Position numbers and translations under genes: made by a program. Under the pieces are notes generated by a model. It did no database searches, was not told where the DNA came from, and was given only the letters and a program-made list of their open reading frames with translations. From NCBI RefSeq assembly GCF_032444005.1, contig NC_091287.1:563409481-563458000 (forward strand): a stretch of 48,520 nucleotides of DNA. Direction: 5' to 3'. Below are positions 11,656-23,900 of the stretch, piece after piece (the first letter of the stretch is position 1; each line of letters begins with the position of its first letter). The stretch is from Ranitomeya imitator. Its lineage: Eukaryota.

Positions 11656-12683
11656 CCGGTGCAGGTGAGGACACCGGAGATCAACGGCTGCCAGCGCCCG
11701 GAGCAGGCGAGGACACCGGAGATCAGCGGCTGCCAGCGCCCGGAGCAGGCGAGGACACCGGAGATCAGCGGCTGCCAGCGCCCGGTGCAGGTGGACACCG
11801 GAGATCAGCGGCTGCCAGCGCCCGGTACAGGTGGACACCGGAGATCAGCGGCTGCCAGCGCCCGGTACAAGTGAGGACACCGGAGATCAGCGGCTGCCAG
11901 CGCCCGGTACAAGTGAGGACACCGGAGATCAGCGGCTGCCAGCGCCCGGAGCAGGCGAGGACACCGGAGATCAGCGGCTGCCAGCGCCCGGTGCAGGCGA
12001 GGACACCGGATATCACCGGCTGCCAGCGCCCGGTGCAGGTGGACACCGGATATCACCGGCTGCCAGCGCCCGGAGCAGGCGAGGACACCGGAGATCAGCG
12101 GCTGCCAGCGCCCGGAGCAGGCGAGGACACCGGAGATCAGCGGCTGCCAGCGCCCGGTGCAGGCGAGGACACCGGAGATCAGCGGCTGCCAGCGCCCGGT
12201 ACAAGTGAGGACACCGGAGATCAGCGGCTGCCAGCGCCCGGTGCAGGCGAGGACACCGGAGATCAGCGGCTGCCAGCGCCCGGTGCAGGCGAGGACACCG
12301 GATATCACCGGCTGCCAGCGCCCGGTGCAGGCGAGGACACCGGAGATCAGCGGCTGCCAGCGCCCGGTACAGGTGAGGACACCGGAGATCAGCGGCTGCC
12401 AGCGCCCGGTGCAGGTGAGGACACCGGAGATCAGCGGCTGCCAGCGCCCGGTGCAGGTGAGGACACCGGAGATCAGCGGCTGCCAGCGCCCGGTGCAGGT
12501 GAGGACACCGGAGATCAGCGGCTGCCAGCACCCGGTGCAGGTGAGGACACCGGAGATCAGCGGCTGCCAGCGCCCGGTGCAGGTGAGGACACCGGAGATC
12601 AGCGGCTGCCAGCGCCCGGTGCAGGCCAGGACACCGGAGATCAGCGGCTGCCAGCGCTCGGTACAGGTGAGGACACCGGAGAT
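11656..12683. repeat. 42-bp GC-rich minisatellite (~24 units, some 39 bp)
   Basis: Unit GACACCGGAGATCAGCGGCTGCCAGCGCCCGGTGCAGGTGAG. Confidence 0.96.
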
Positions 12684-12784
12684 GAGGGGACATGAGCATT
12701 TCTTCGTCTCCTGTAGTGAGGAATCACTGCTCTTTTCTGGTGTCTCCGGCAGAATACATTGCTCCAGAGCTGTAATCTCTCCAG

Positions 12785-12915
12785 TAGTGTTGAGCGATAC
12801 CTTCCGATATCGGAAAGTATCGGTATCGGTTTGGATCGGCCGATATTCAAAAAATATCGGATATCGCCGATACCGATACCCGATCCCAATGCAAGTCAAT
12901 GGGACCAAAATATCG
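12785..12915. repeat. hAT left terminus: TIR and subterminal CCGATA/TATCGG motif array
   Basis: More than 10 copies of the motif in both orientations. Confidence 0.88.
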
Positions 12916-13954
12916 GAATTAAAATAAACCCTTTCTTTCCTTGTAGGTTCATTCTACCTGAAGGAAAACAACTAAGAATAATGTAGGATGTATGGGGGAG
13001 GTGGCGGAGACATTAAAGGCAATGAGGATTAGTCCAATCAAATAGAATAGCATGTTTTTTTTTTTTTTTTTAAAGACGTTCGGATTGAAAAAGATATTGA
13101 GTATGTAAATTTTTTTTATTTTGTCAGATATTGATGTTTCACTATTCCACGCCCTTCCCCTTCTTTTTTTTCTTTTTTTTTTTTCTTTTCCCACACTTTC
13201 ATCTTCATCATCATCAGCATCCTTGACATCAACTTCTTCACCTTATTCATCTTCTTCTTCATCTTCTACCTATTTTTTTTTTTTATTACATTCTTCATAT
13301 TCATTTTCTTCAACTATTATTATTCTTCCTATTCTACATATTCTTTTTATTCCACTGTTATTATTCTTCCTATTCTACTTCTTCATCATATTCTCATTTG
13401 TGACAGGCATTCCCGTAGTTGTTATCTATAAAAGTTGGAAGATTACACCTTCCGTTCTGCCAGTCACAAAAGTTACATTTGTCCGCGTTCAGTTTGGCCT
13501 GCAGCATCAGGCTTTATCCAGGGGCACCACGAGGAGGAACGGACTCACCCCCATACACTGCTTAGTCTTCTTCTGCATATAATTTAGATAATATCTTTTG
13601 CTCTGATATTAAGTCTTATGCTTAATGTTCTTCTGCTCTTTGTTCTGCAGCCTCTTGTTCTTCTGCTTCTCGGTCTTCCATGTTGTCGTCTCCAGGGTCT
13701 TCGTCTCCAGTGTCGTCATCTCCGCCGTCGTCGTCTCAGCCGTCGTCGTCTCCGCCGTCGTCGTCGTCGTCGTCATCGGGGTGGTCTTCCGGGTCGTCGT
13801 CATCGGGGTGGTCTTCCGGGTTGTCGACGTTAGGGTCTTCAACTTGGAAATGTAGCAGAAGGTACAAGAAGGCTGAGAAAATGCCAAGAACCAGCTGATG
13901 GAACTGGAACTCGGATGGCTACCCGAAGGTTCAAGAGCCTATGGAACTACCGAG

Positions 13955-14460
13955 GACCAGCTGACGTTACTGGAACCCGGTTACTAAGCAGGAGGTACCC
14001 GTGCTAAAAAGCACTACCAAGGACCGCCTGACGTTGGCGGAACTCGGATACCCAGAAGGAGGCACCTAAGCCAAAGGCTCTGCCCGGAACCAGATGACGT
14101 TACTGGAACCAGGATGGGGAGCAGAAGGTACAAGAGCAAAAGACACTGCCGAGAACCAGCTGACGGTACTGGAACCCGGATGGGTAGCCGAATGTCCAAG
14201 AGCCAATGGAACTACCAAGGACCAGCTGACGTTACTGGAACCCGGTTACTAAGCAGGAGGTACCCGTGCCTGAAAGCACTACCAAGGACCACCTGACATT
14301 GGTGGAACTTGGATACCCAGAAGGAGGCACCTAAGCCAAAGGCTCTGCCCGGAACCAGCTGACGGTACTGGAACCAGGATGGGGAGCAGAAGGTACAAGA
14401 GCAAAAGACACTGCCGAGAACCAGCTGACGGTGCTGGAACCAGGTGGTGGACCCCAAGGC
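13955..14460. repeat. 265-bp tandem duplication at the head of the 535-bp array
   Basis: ACCAGCTGACGTTACTGGAACCCGGTTACTAAGCAGGAGG occurs near 13957 and 14222. Confidence 0.8.
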
Positions 14461-17400
14461 CCACAGGAGAGGAGAGAACAGCTAGGCCGCGAGGCAGCCG
14501 CAGTTACCGAACCCCAACAGTCCTACAGGGGGAGCTGGGCCTACTGGCACTACAGAACCAGCCTTGACTACCAGTTCACGCAGCCCACATAGGAAGCTCC
14601 TAAACTGGAGGCACCCTGGAGTTGGCTAACTCGACCGCCCCACGACGGGGCAAGCATAGGCGTCTCAGTGAAGTTGACACAACCCGGAAACAGCTGACGG
14701 TGCTGAAACCAGGCTTGGCACGAGGGAGTACCTGTGACAAGAACACTGCCGAGAACCAGCTGGCGGTGCTGGAACCCGGATGTGTTGCCCCAGTGTGCAA
14801 GAGCCAATGGCACGACCGAGGACCAGCTGACGGTGCTGGAACCCGGTTGCTAAGCTGTAGGTGCCCGCGCTTAAAAGCACTACCAAGGACCGCCTGGCGT
14901 TGGCGGAACACGGATACCCAGGAGGAGGCACCTAAGCCAAAGGCTCGGCCCGGAACCAGCTGACGGTGCTGGAACCAGGTGGTGGACCCCAAGGCCCACA
15001 GGAGAGGAGAGAACAGCTAGGCCGCGAGGCAGCCGCAGTTACCGAACCCCAACAGTCCTACAGGGGGAGCTGGGCCTACTGGCACTACAGAACCAGCCTT
15101 GACTACCAGTTCACGCAGCCCACATAGGAAGCTCCTAAACTGGAGGCACCCTGGAGTTGGCTAACTCGACCGCCCCACGACGGGGCAAGCATAGGCGTCT
15201 CAGTGAAGTTGACACAACCCGGAAACAGCTGACGGTGCTGAAACCAGGCTTGGCACGAGGGAGTACCTGTGACAAGAACACTGCCGAGAACCAGCTGGCG
15301 GTGCTGGAACCCGGATGCGTTGCCCCAGTGTGCAAGAGCCAATGGCACGACCGAGGACCAGCTGACGGTGCTGGAACCCGGTTGCTAAGCTGTAGGTGCC
15401 CGCGCTTAAAAGCACTACCAAGGACCGCCTGGCGTTGGCGGAACACGGATACCCAGGAGGAGGCACCTAAGCCAAAGGCTCGGCCCGGAACCAGCTGACG
15501 GTGCTGGAACCAGGTGGTGGACCCCAAGGCCCACAGGAGAGGAGAGAACAGCTAGGCCGCGAGGCAGCCGCAGTTACCGAACCCCAACAGTCCTACAGGG
15601 GGAGCTGGGCCTACTGGCACTACAGAACCAGCCTTGACTACCAGTTCACGCAGCCCACATAGGAAGCTCCTAAACTGGAGGCACCCTGGAGTTGGCTAAC
15701 TCGACCGCCCCACGACGGGGCAAGCATAGGCGTCTCAGTGAAGTTGACACAACCCGGAAACAGCTGACGGTGCTGAAACCAGGCTTGGCACGAGGGAGTA
15801 CCTGTGACAAGAACACTGCCGAGAACCAGCTGGCGGTGCTGGAACCCGGATGCGTTGCCCCAGTGTGCAAGAGCCAATGGCACGACCGAGGACCAGCTGA
15901 CGGTGCTGGAACCCGGTTACTAAGCTGTAGGTGCCCGCGCTTAAAAGCACTACCAAGGACCGCCTGGCGTTGGCGGAACTCGGATACCCAGGAGGAGGCA
16001 CCTAAGCCAAAGGCTCGGCCCGGAACCAGCTGACGGTGCTGGAACCAGGTGGTGGACCCCAAGGCCCACAGGAGAGGAGAGAACAGCTAGGCCGCGAGGC
16101 AGCCGCAGTTACCGAACCCCAACAGTCCTACAGGGGGAGCTGGGCCTACTGGCACTACAGAACCAGCCTTGACTACCAGTTCACGCAGCCCACATAGGAA
16201 GCTCCTAAACTGGAGGCACCCTGGAGTTGGCTAACTCGACCGCCCCACGACGGGGCAAGCATAGGCGTCTCAGTGAAGTTGACACAACCCGGAAACAGCT
16301 GACGGTGCTGAAACCAGGCTTGGCACGAGGGAGTACCTGTGACAAGAACACTGCCGAGAACCAGCTGGCGGTGCTGGAACCCGGATGCGTTGCCCCAGTG
16401 TGCAAGAGCCAATGGCACGACCGAGGACCAGCTGACGGTGCTGGAACCCGGTTGCTAAGCTGTAGGTGCCCGCGCTTAAAAGCACTACCAAGGACCGCCT
16501 GGCGTTGGCGGAACTCGGATACCCAGGAGGAGGCACCTAAGCCAAAGGCTCGGCCCGGAACCAGCTGACGGTGCTGGAACCAGGTGGTGGACCCCAAGGC
16601 CCACAGGAGAGGAGAGAACAGCTAGGCCGCGAGGCAGCCGCAGTTACCGAACCCCAACAGTCCTACAGGGGGAGCTGGGCCTACTGGCACTACAGAACCA
16701 GCCTTGACTACCAGTTCACGCAGCCCACATAGGAAGCTCCTAAACTGGAGGCACCCTGGAGTTGGCTAACTCGACCGCCCCACGACGGGGCAAGCATAGG
16801 CGTCTCAGTGAAGTTGACACAACCCGGAAACAGCTGACGGTGCTGAAACCAGGCTTGGCACGAGGGAGTACCTGTGACAAGAACACTGCCGAGAACCAGC
16901 TGGCGGTGCTGGAACCCGGATGCGTTGCCCCAGTGTGCAAGAGCCAATGGCACGACCGAGGACCAGCTGACGGTGCTGGAACCCGGTTGCTAAGCTGTAG
17001 GTGCCCGCGCTTAAAAGCACTACCAAGGACCGCCTGGCGTTGGCGGAACTCGGATACCCAGGAGGAGGCACCTAAGCCAAAGGCTCGGCCCGGAACCAGC
17101 TGACGGTGCTGGAACCAGGTGGTGGACCCCAAGGCCCACAGGAGAGGAGAGAACAGCTAGGCCGCGAGGCAGCCGCAGTTACCGAACCCCAACAGTCCTA
17201 CAGGGGGAGCTGGGCCTACTGGCACTACAGAACCAGCCTTGACTACCAGTTCACGCAGCCCACATAGGAAGCTCCTAAACTGGAGGCACCCTGGAGTTGG
17301 CTAACTCGACCGCCCCACGACGGGGCAAGCATAGGCGTCTCAGTGAAGTTGACACAACCCGGAAACAGCTGACGGTGCTGAAACCAGGCTTGGCACGAGG

Positions 17401-20400
17401 GAGTACCTGTGACAAGAACACTGCCGAGAACCAGCTGGCGGTGCTGGAACCCGGATGCGTTGCCCCAGTGTGCAAGAGCCAATGGCACGACCGAGGACCA
17501 GCTGACGGTGCTGGAACCCGGTTACTAAGCTGTAGGTGCCCGCGCTTAAAAGCACTACCAAGGACCGCCTGGCGTTGGCGGAACTCGGATACCCAGGAGG
17601 AGGCACCTAAGCCAAAGGCTCGGCCCGGAACCAGCTGACGGTGCTGGAACCAGGTGGTGGACCCCAAGGCCCACAGGAGAGGAGAGAACAGCTAGGCCGC
17701 GAGGCAGCCGCAGTTACCGAACCCCAACAGTCCTACAGGGGGAGCTGGGCCTACTGGCACTACAGAACCAGCCTTGACTACCAGTTCACGCAGCCCACAT
17801 AGGAAGCTCCTAAACTGGAGGCACCCTGGAGTTGGCTAACTCGACCGCCCCACGACGGGGCAAGCATAGGCGTCTCAGTGAAGTTGACACAACCCGGAAA
17901 CAGCTGACGGTGCTGAAACCAGGCTTGGCACGAGGGAGTACCTGTGACAAGAACACTGCCGAGAACCAGCTGGCGGTGCTGGAACCCGGATGCGTTGCCC
18001 CAGTGTGCAAGAGCCAATGGCACGACCGAGGACCAGCTGACGGTGCTGGAACCCGGTTGCTAAGCTGTAGGTGCCCGCGCTTAAAAGCACTACCAAGGAC
18101 CGCCTGGCGTTGGCGGAACACGGATACCCAGGAGGAGGCACCTAAGCCAAAGGCTCGGCCCGGAACCAGCTGACGGTGCTGGAACCAGGTGGTGGACCCC
18201 AAGGCCCACAGGAGAGGAGAGAACAGCTAGGCCGCGAGGCAGCCGCAGTTACCGAACCCCAACAGTCCTACAGGGGGAGCTGGGCCTACTGGCACTACAG
18301 AACCAGCCTTGACTACCAGTTCACGCAGCCCACATAGGAAGCTCCTAAACTGGAGGCACCCTGGAGTTGGCTAACTCGACCGCCCCACGACGGGGCAAGC
18401 ATAGGCGTCTCAGTGAAGTTGACACAACCCGGAAACAGCTGACGGTGCTGAAACCAGGCTTGGCACGAGGGAGTACCTGTGACAAGAACACTGCCGAGAA
18501 CCAGCTGGCGGTGCTGGAACCCGGATGCGTTGCCCCAGTGTGCAAGAGCCAATGGCACGACCGAGGACCAGCTGACGGTGCTGGAACCCGGTTACTAAGC
18601 TGTAGGTGCCCGCGCTTAAAAGCACTACCAAGGACCGCCTGGCGTTGGCGGAACTCGGATACCCAGGAGGAGGCACCTAAGCCAAAGGCTCGGCCCGGAA
18701 CCAGCTGACGGTGCTGGAACCAGGTGGTGGACCCCAAGGCCCACAGGAGAGGAGAGAACAGCTAGGCCGCGAGGCAGCCGCAGATACCGAACCCCAACAG
18801 TCCTACAGGGGGAGCTGGGCCTACTGGCACTACAGAACCAGCCTTGACTACCAGTTCACGCAGCCCACATAGGAAGCTCCTAAACTGGAGGCACCCTGGA
18901 GTTGGCTAACTCGACCGCCCCACGACGGGGCAAGCATAGGCGTCTCAGTGAAGTTGACACAACCCGGAAACAGCTGACGGTGCTGAAACCAGGCTTGGCA
19001 CGAGGGAGTACCTGTGACAAGAACACTGCCGAGAACCAGCTGGCGGTGCTGGAACCCGGATGCGTTGCCCCAGTGTGCAAGAGCCAATGGCACGACCGAG
19101 GACCAGCTGACGGTGCTGGAACCCGGTTGCTAAGCTGTAGGTGCCCGCGCTTAAAAGCACTACCAAGGACCGCCTGGCGTTGGCGGAACTCGGATACCCA
19201 GGAGGAGGCACCTAAGCCAAAGGCTCGGCCCGGAACCAGCTGACGGTGCTGGAACCAGGTGGTGGACCCCAAGGCCCACAGGAGAGGAGAGAACAGCTAG
19301 GCCGCGAGGCAGCCGCAGTTACCGAACCCCAACAGTCCTACAGGGGGAGCTGGGCCTACTGGCACTACAGAACCAGCCTTGACTACCAGTTCACGCAGCC
19401 CACATAGGAAGCTCCTAAACTGGAGGCACCCTGGAGTTGGCTAACTCGACCGCCCCACGACGGGGCAAGCATAGGCGTCTCAGTGAAGTTGACACAACCC
19501 GGAAACAGCTGACGGTGCTGAAACCAGGCTTGGCACGAGGGAGTACCTGTGACAAGAACACTGCCGAGAACCAGCTGGCGGTGCTGGAACCCGGATGCGT
19601 TGCCCCAGTGTGCAAGAGCCAATGGCACGACCGAGGACCAGCTGACGGTGCTGGAACCCGGTTGCTAAGCTGTAGGTGCCCGCGCTTAAAAGCACTACCA
19701 AGGACCGCCTGGCGTTGGCGGAACTCGGATACCCAGGAGGAGGCACCTAAGCCAAAGGCTCGGCCCGGAACCAGCTGACGGTGCTGGAACCAGGTGGTGG
19801 ACCCCAAGGCCCACAGGAGAGGAGAGAACAGCTAGGCCGCGAGGCAGCCGCAGTTACCGAACCCCAACAGTCCTACAGGGGGAGCTGGGCCTACTGGCAC
19901 TACAGAACCAGCCTTGACTACCAGTTCACGCAGCCCACATAGGAAGCTCCTAAACTGGAGGCACCCTGGAGTTGGCTAACTCGACCGCCCCACGACGGGG
20001 CAAGCATAGGCGTCTCAGTGAAGTTGACACAACCCGGAAACAGCTGACGGTGCTGAAACCAGGCTTGGCACGAGGGAGTACCTGTGACAAGAACACTGCC
20101 GAGAACCAGCTGGCGGTGCTGGAACCCGGATGCGTTGCCCCAGTGTGCAAGAGCCAATGGCACGACCGAGGACCAGCTGACGGTGCTGGAACCCGGTTGC
20201 TAAGCTGTAGGTGCCCGCGCTTAAAAGCACTACCAAGGACCGCCTGGCGTTGGCGGAACACGGATACCCAGGAGGAGGCACCTAAGCCAAAGGCTCGGCC
20301 CGGAACCAGCTGACGGTGCTGGAACCAGGTGGTGGACCCCAAGGCCCACAGGAGAGGAGAGAACAGCTAGGCCGCGAGGCAGCCGCAGTTACCGAACCCC

Positions 20401-20676
20401 AACAGTCCTACAGGGGGAGCTGGGCCTACTGGCACTACAGAACCAGCCTTGACTACCAGTTCACGCAGCCCACATAGGAAGCTCCTAAACTGGAGGCACC
20501 CTGGAGTTGGCTAACTCGACCGCCCCACGACGGGGCAAGCATAGGCGTCTCAGTGAAGTTGACACAACCCGGAAACAGCTGACGGTGCTGAAACCAGGCT
20601 TGGCACGAGGGAGTACCTGTGACAAGAACACTGCCGAGAACCAGCTGGCGGTGCTGGAACCCGGATGCGTTGCCTT
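14420..20676. repeat. 535-bp tandem array inside the hAT (~11.7 near-identical units)
   Basis: The ORF track and sequence recur at an exact 535-bp period, with only a few SNPs between units. Confidence 0.97.
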
Positions 20677-20949
20677 GCCTATTAAAGATTGTCTTCCTAG
20701 AGCCCCAACTAGCGGTGTTGGAGCAAAGGGTAAGCAGGGGGAGATGAGTGTAGGCCGAAGCCTGCACTGGAGGCAGCTTTGTGTCTGCGTTGCGTTTGCA
20801 GGACACTTTGCCGGCTACACACTGGGGGAACAGCTGGCGTTGCTGAACCCCACTAACACAATGGCGTGTGTTTTTATCTGTGCAGCTAGCACTTGCGGGC
20901 AAAAACTAGCGATGTTAGAGCCCGTGTTGAAGCAGGAGGAGGAGGAGAG

Positions 20950-23900
20950 GAGCAGAGTGTAGGCCGAAGCCTAGTTGAACCAATTTCAAAGGAAACCTTT
21001 AACCCCCCCCTCAGGTGTTACAAAGTACAAGAGACACACCTTGTGCAGTATTAATGCTGCACAAGTGAAAGGTTGCTCTATTAATTTGTCTACTTGCACA
21101 CGCTGAATGAAAGACATACACAATTTACCCCATTCTACAGTCAAACTGTAGTGGATGCGTGACTTGGTTTTTTGATGAGACGCAGCACAGGTGTCCAAAA
21201 TAACGCCTTGGTGCTTGGCGCAGCTTCCTGAGCGTTGTTATTTGCTGTACAGGAGTCTGCGCTCTTGTGTTATCCCTTGGCAATGCCCTGTTAGCGCTGC
21301 CCATCTTATGACCTCATTTCATGTTGGCCGGTGCGGTTAACGATGGCCATAAATCCCAGACCCACAGTGTCTTTTCATAAAGCCACACTGCGGTGCTGGG
21401 ATTCGTGGCCTTGAGCAGTAAATATTTTGGCCGCTCACACACGTCCTTACACCTGCTTCAGACTGGGCGGCCTCTGCTGATCCCTTCTCGCATGCCGCGG
21501 CCATGAGGCTGCACAGTCTGAAGAAGGCGGAAGGAGATGAGTTAAGACAGGCGAAGATATGCATTGCTCGTGCCCATCAATCACACCCTCGCAGTCAAAA
21601 TAATTAAGACAACGAGGAGCATTTTATTCAGGCAGGGCGGACGAACAGGCGCAAGTAGCCAACCAATGATGTCAGAAGACGGGAAGCGCTACCAAGGGGG
21701 GTGCTGCGTATCATTAGAAAGGAAAGTCACACCTCAGGGACAGTGGAATGGTCTCAAAGAGACACATTTTGTACGTGTTGAGTTCCACGTGGGCAAGGAG
21801 AAAACATCAGCCACCTTGTACAAATGCAGCAGTACTGCTGTACAAGGTGGCTGTTATACATAGAAACACCTGGGGGTGGGGGCCAGGCTCCCTTCAATTT
21901 CAGTTCATGTGCCTGCGTGGCGTTTGCAGGTCACGTTGCAAGCTGCACAGCAGGGGAACAGCAGGCGGTGCTGAACCCCACTAACACATTGGCTGGTGTT
22001 TTTCTCTGTGCAGCTAGCATGTCCGGGCAGAAACTGGCGTTGTTTGAGCCCAGGGTCAGCAGGAGGAGGAGAGGAGCAAAGTGTAGGCCGAAGCCTGCAC
22101 TGGTGGCAGCTTTTGTTCTGTTGTGCCAGCGTGGCTTGTGCTGGACACGTTGCCGACTACACAGCAGGGGAACAGCTGGCGGTGCTGAACCCCACTAACA
22201 CATTGGCTGGTGTTTTTCTCTGTGCAGCTAGCATTTCCGGGCAAAAACTAGCGGTGTTTGAGCCCAGGGTCAGCAGGAGGAGTAGAGGAGCAGAGTGTAG
22301 GCCGAAGCCTAGTTGAACCAATTTCAAAGGTTACCTTTAACCCCCCCCTCAGGTGTTGCAAGGTACAAGAGCCACACCTTGAACAGCATTAATGATGCAC
22401 AAGTCAAAGGTTGCTCTATTTAATTTTGCTCCTTGCACACGCTGAATTAAACACGTACACTATTTAGCCCATTATACTGTCAAACAGTAGTGGAGGCGTG
22501 ACTACTAGTCTTTTTAAGGAGACGCAGCACAGGTGTACAAATTTACACCTAGGTGCTGTGCGCAGATTCCTTACCGTTGTTATTTGCAGTACAGGAAACT
22601 GCGCTCTTGTGTTATCCCTTGGCAATACCCTGTTAGTGCAGGCCGTCTCATGACCTCATTTCATGTTGGCCGGTGCGGTTAACGATGGCCATAAATCCCA
22701 GACCCACAGTGGCTTTTCCTAAAGTCACACTGCGGTGCTGGGATTCGTGGCCTTGTGCAGTAAATATGTTCGCCGCTCACACATGTCCTTACACCTGCTT
22801 CAGACTGGGCGGCCTCAGCTGATCCCTTATCGCATGCCGCGGCCATGAGGCCGCACAGTCAGAAGAAGGCGGAAGGAGGGGAGTGAAAACAGGGGAACAT
22901 ATGCACTGCTCGTGCCCATCAATCACACCCTCGCAGTCAAAATATATGAGACAACGGGGGGCGTTGTGTCGGGCAGGGGGGACGCACAGGCACAGCCAGC
23001 CAACCAATGATGTCAGGAGACGGGCAGCGCTAACAATGGGGGTGCTGCGTGTCATTAAAAAGGAAAGTCACACCTCAGGGACATTGTAATGGTCTGTAAT
23101 GAGACACATTTTGTACTTGTTGAGTTCCACGTGTGCAAGGAGAAAAAGTCAGCCACCTTGTACAAATGCAGCAGTACTGCTGTACAAGGTGGCTGTTATA
23201 CATAGAAACACCTGGGGGGGTGGGGGGCAGGCTCCCTTCAATTTCAGTTCATGTGCCTGCGTGGCGTTTGCAGGTCACGTTGCAAGCTACACAGCAGGGG
23301 AACAGCTGGCGTTGCTGAACCCCACTGACACATTGACTGGTGTTTTTCTCTGTGCAGATTGCATGTCCGGGCAAAAACTAGCGGTGTTAGAGCCCAGGGT
23401 CAGCAGGAGGAGGAGGAGAGGAGCAAAGTGTAGGCCGAAGCCTGCACTGGTGGCAGCTTTTGGTCGGTTGTGCCAGCGTGGCTTGTGCTGGACACGATGC
23501 CGGCTACACAGCGGGGGAACAGCAGGCGGTGCTGAACCCCACTAACACATTGGCTGGTGTTTTTCTCTGTGCAGCTAGCATGTCCGGGCAGAAACTGGCG
23601 TTGTTTGAGCCCAGGGTCAGCAGGAGGAGGAGAGGAGCAAAGTGTAGGCCGAAGCCTGCACTGGTGGCAGCTTTTGTTCTGTTGTGCCAGCGTGGCTTGT
23701 GCTGGACACGTTGCCGACTACAACTACACAGCAGGGGAACAGCTGGCGGTGCTGAACCCCACTAACACATTGGCTGGTGTTTTTCTCTGTGCAGCTAGCA
23801 TTTCCGGGCAAAAACTAGCGGTGTTTGAGCCCAGGGTCAGCAGGAGTAGAGGAGCAGAGTGTAGGCCGAAGCCTAGTTGAACCAATTTCAAAGGTTACCT

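Noticed and set aside
11656-12683. CRISPR-like appearance of the regular repeats
   Set aside because: No unique spacers, no cas genes, and a eukaryotic context.
14568-20962. Repeated 81-130 aa ORFs (e.g. MANSTAPRR...)
   Set aside because: Products of the 535-bp repeat with non-ATG starts, overlapping in all frames, and no recognisable homology.
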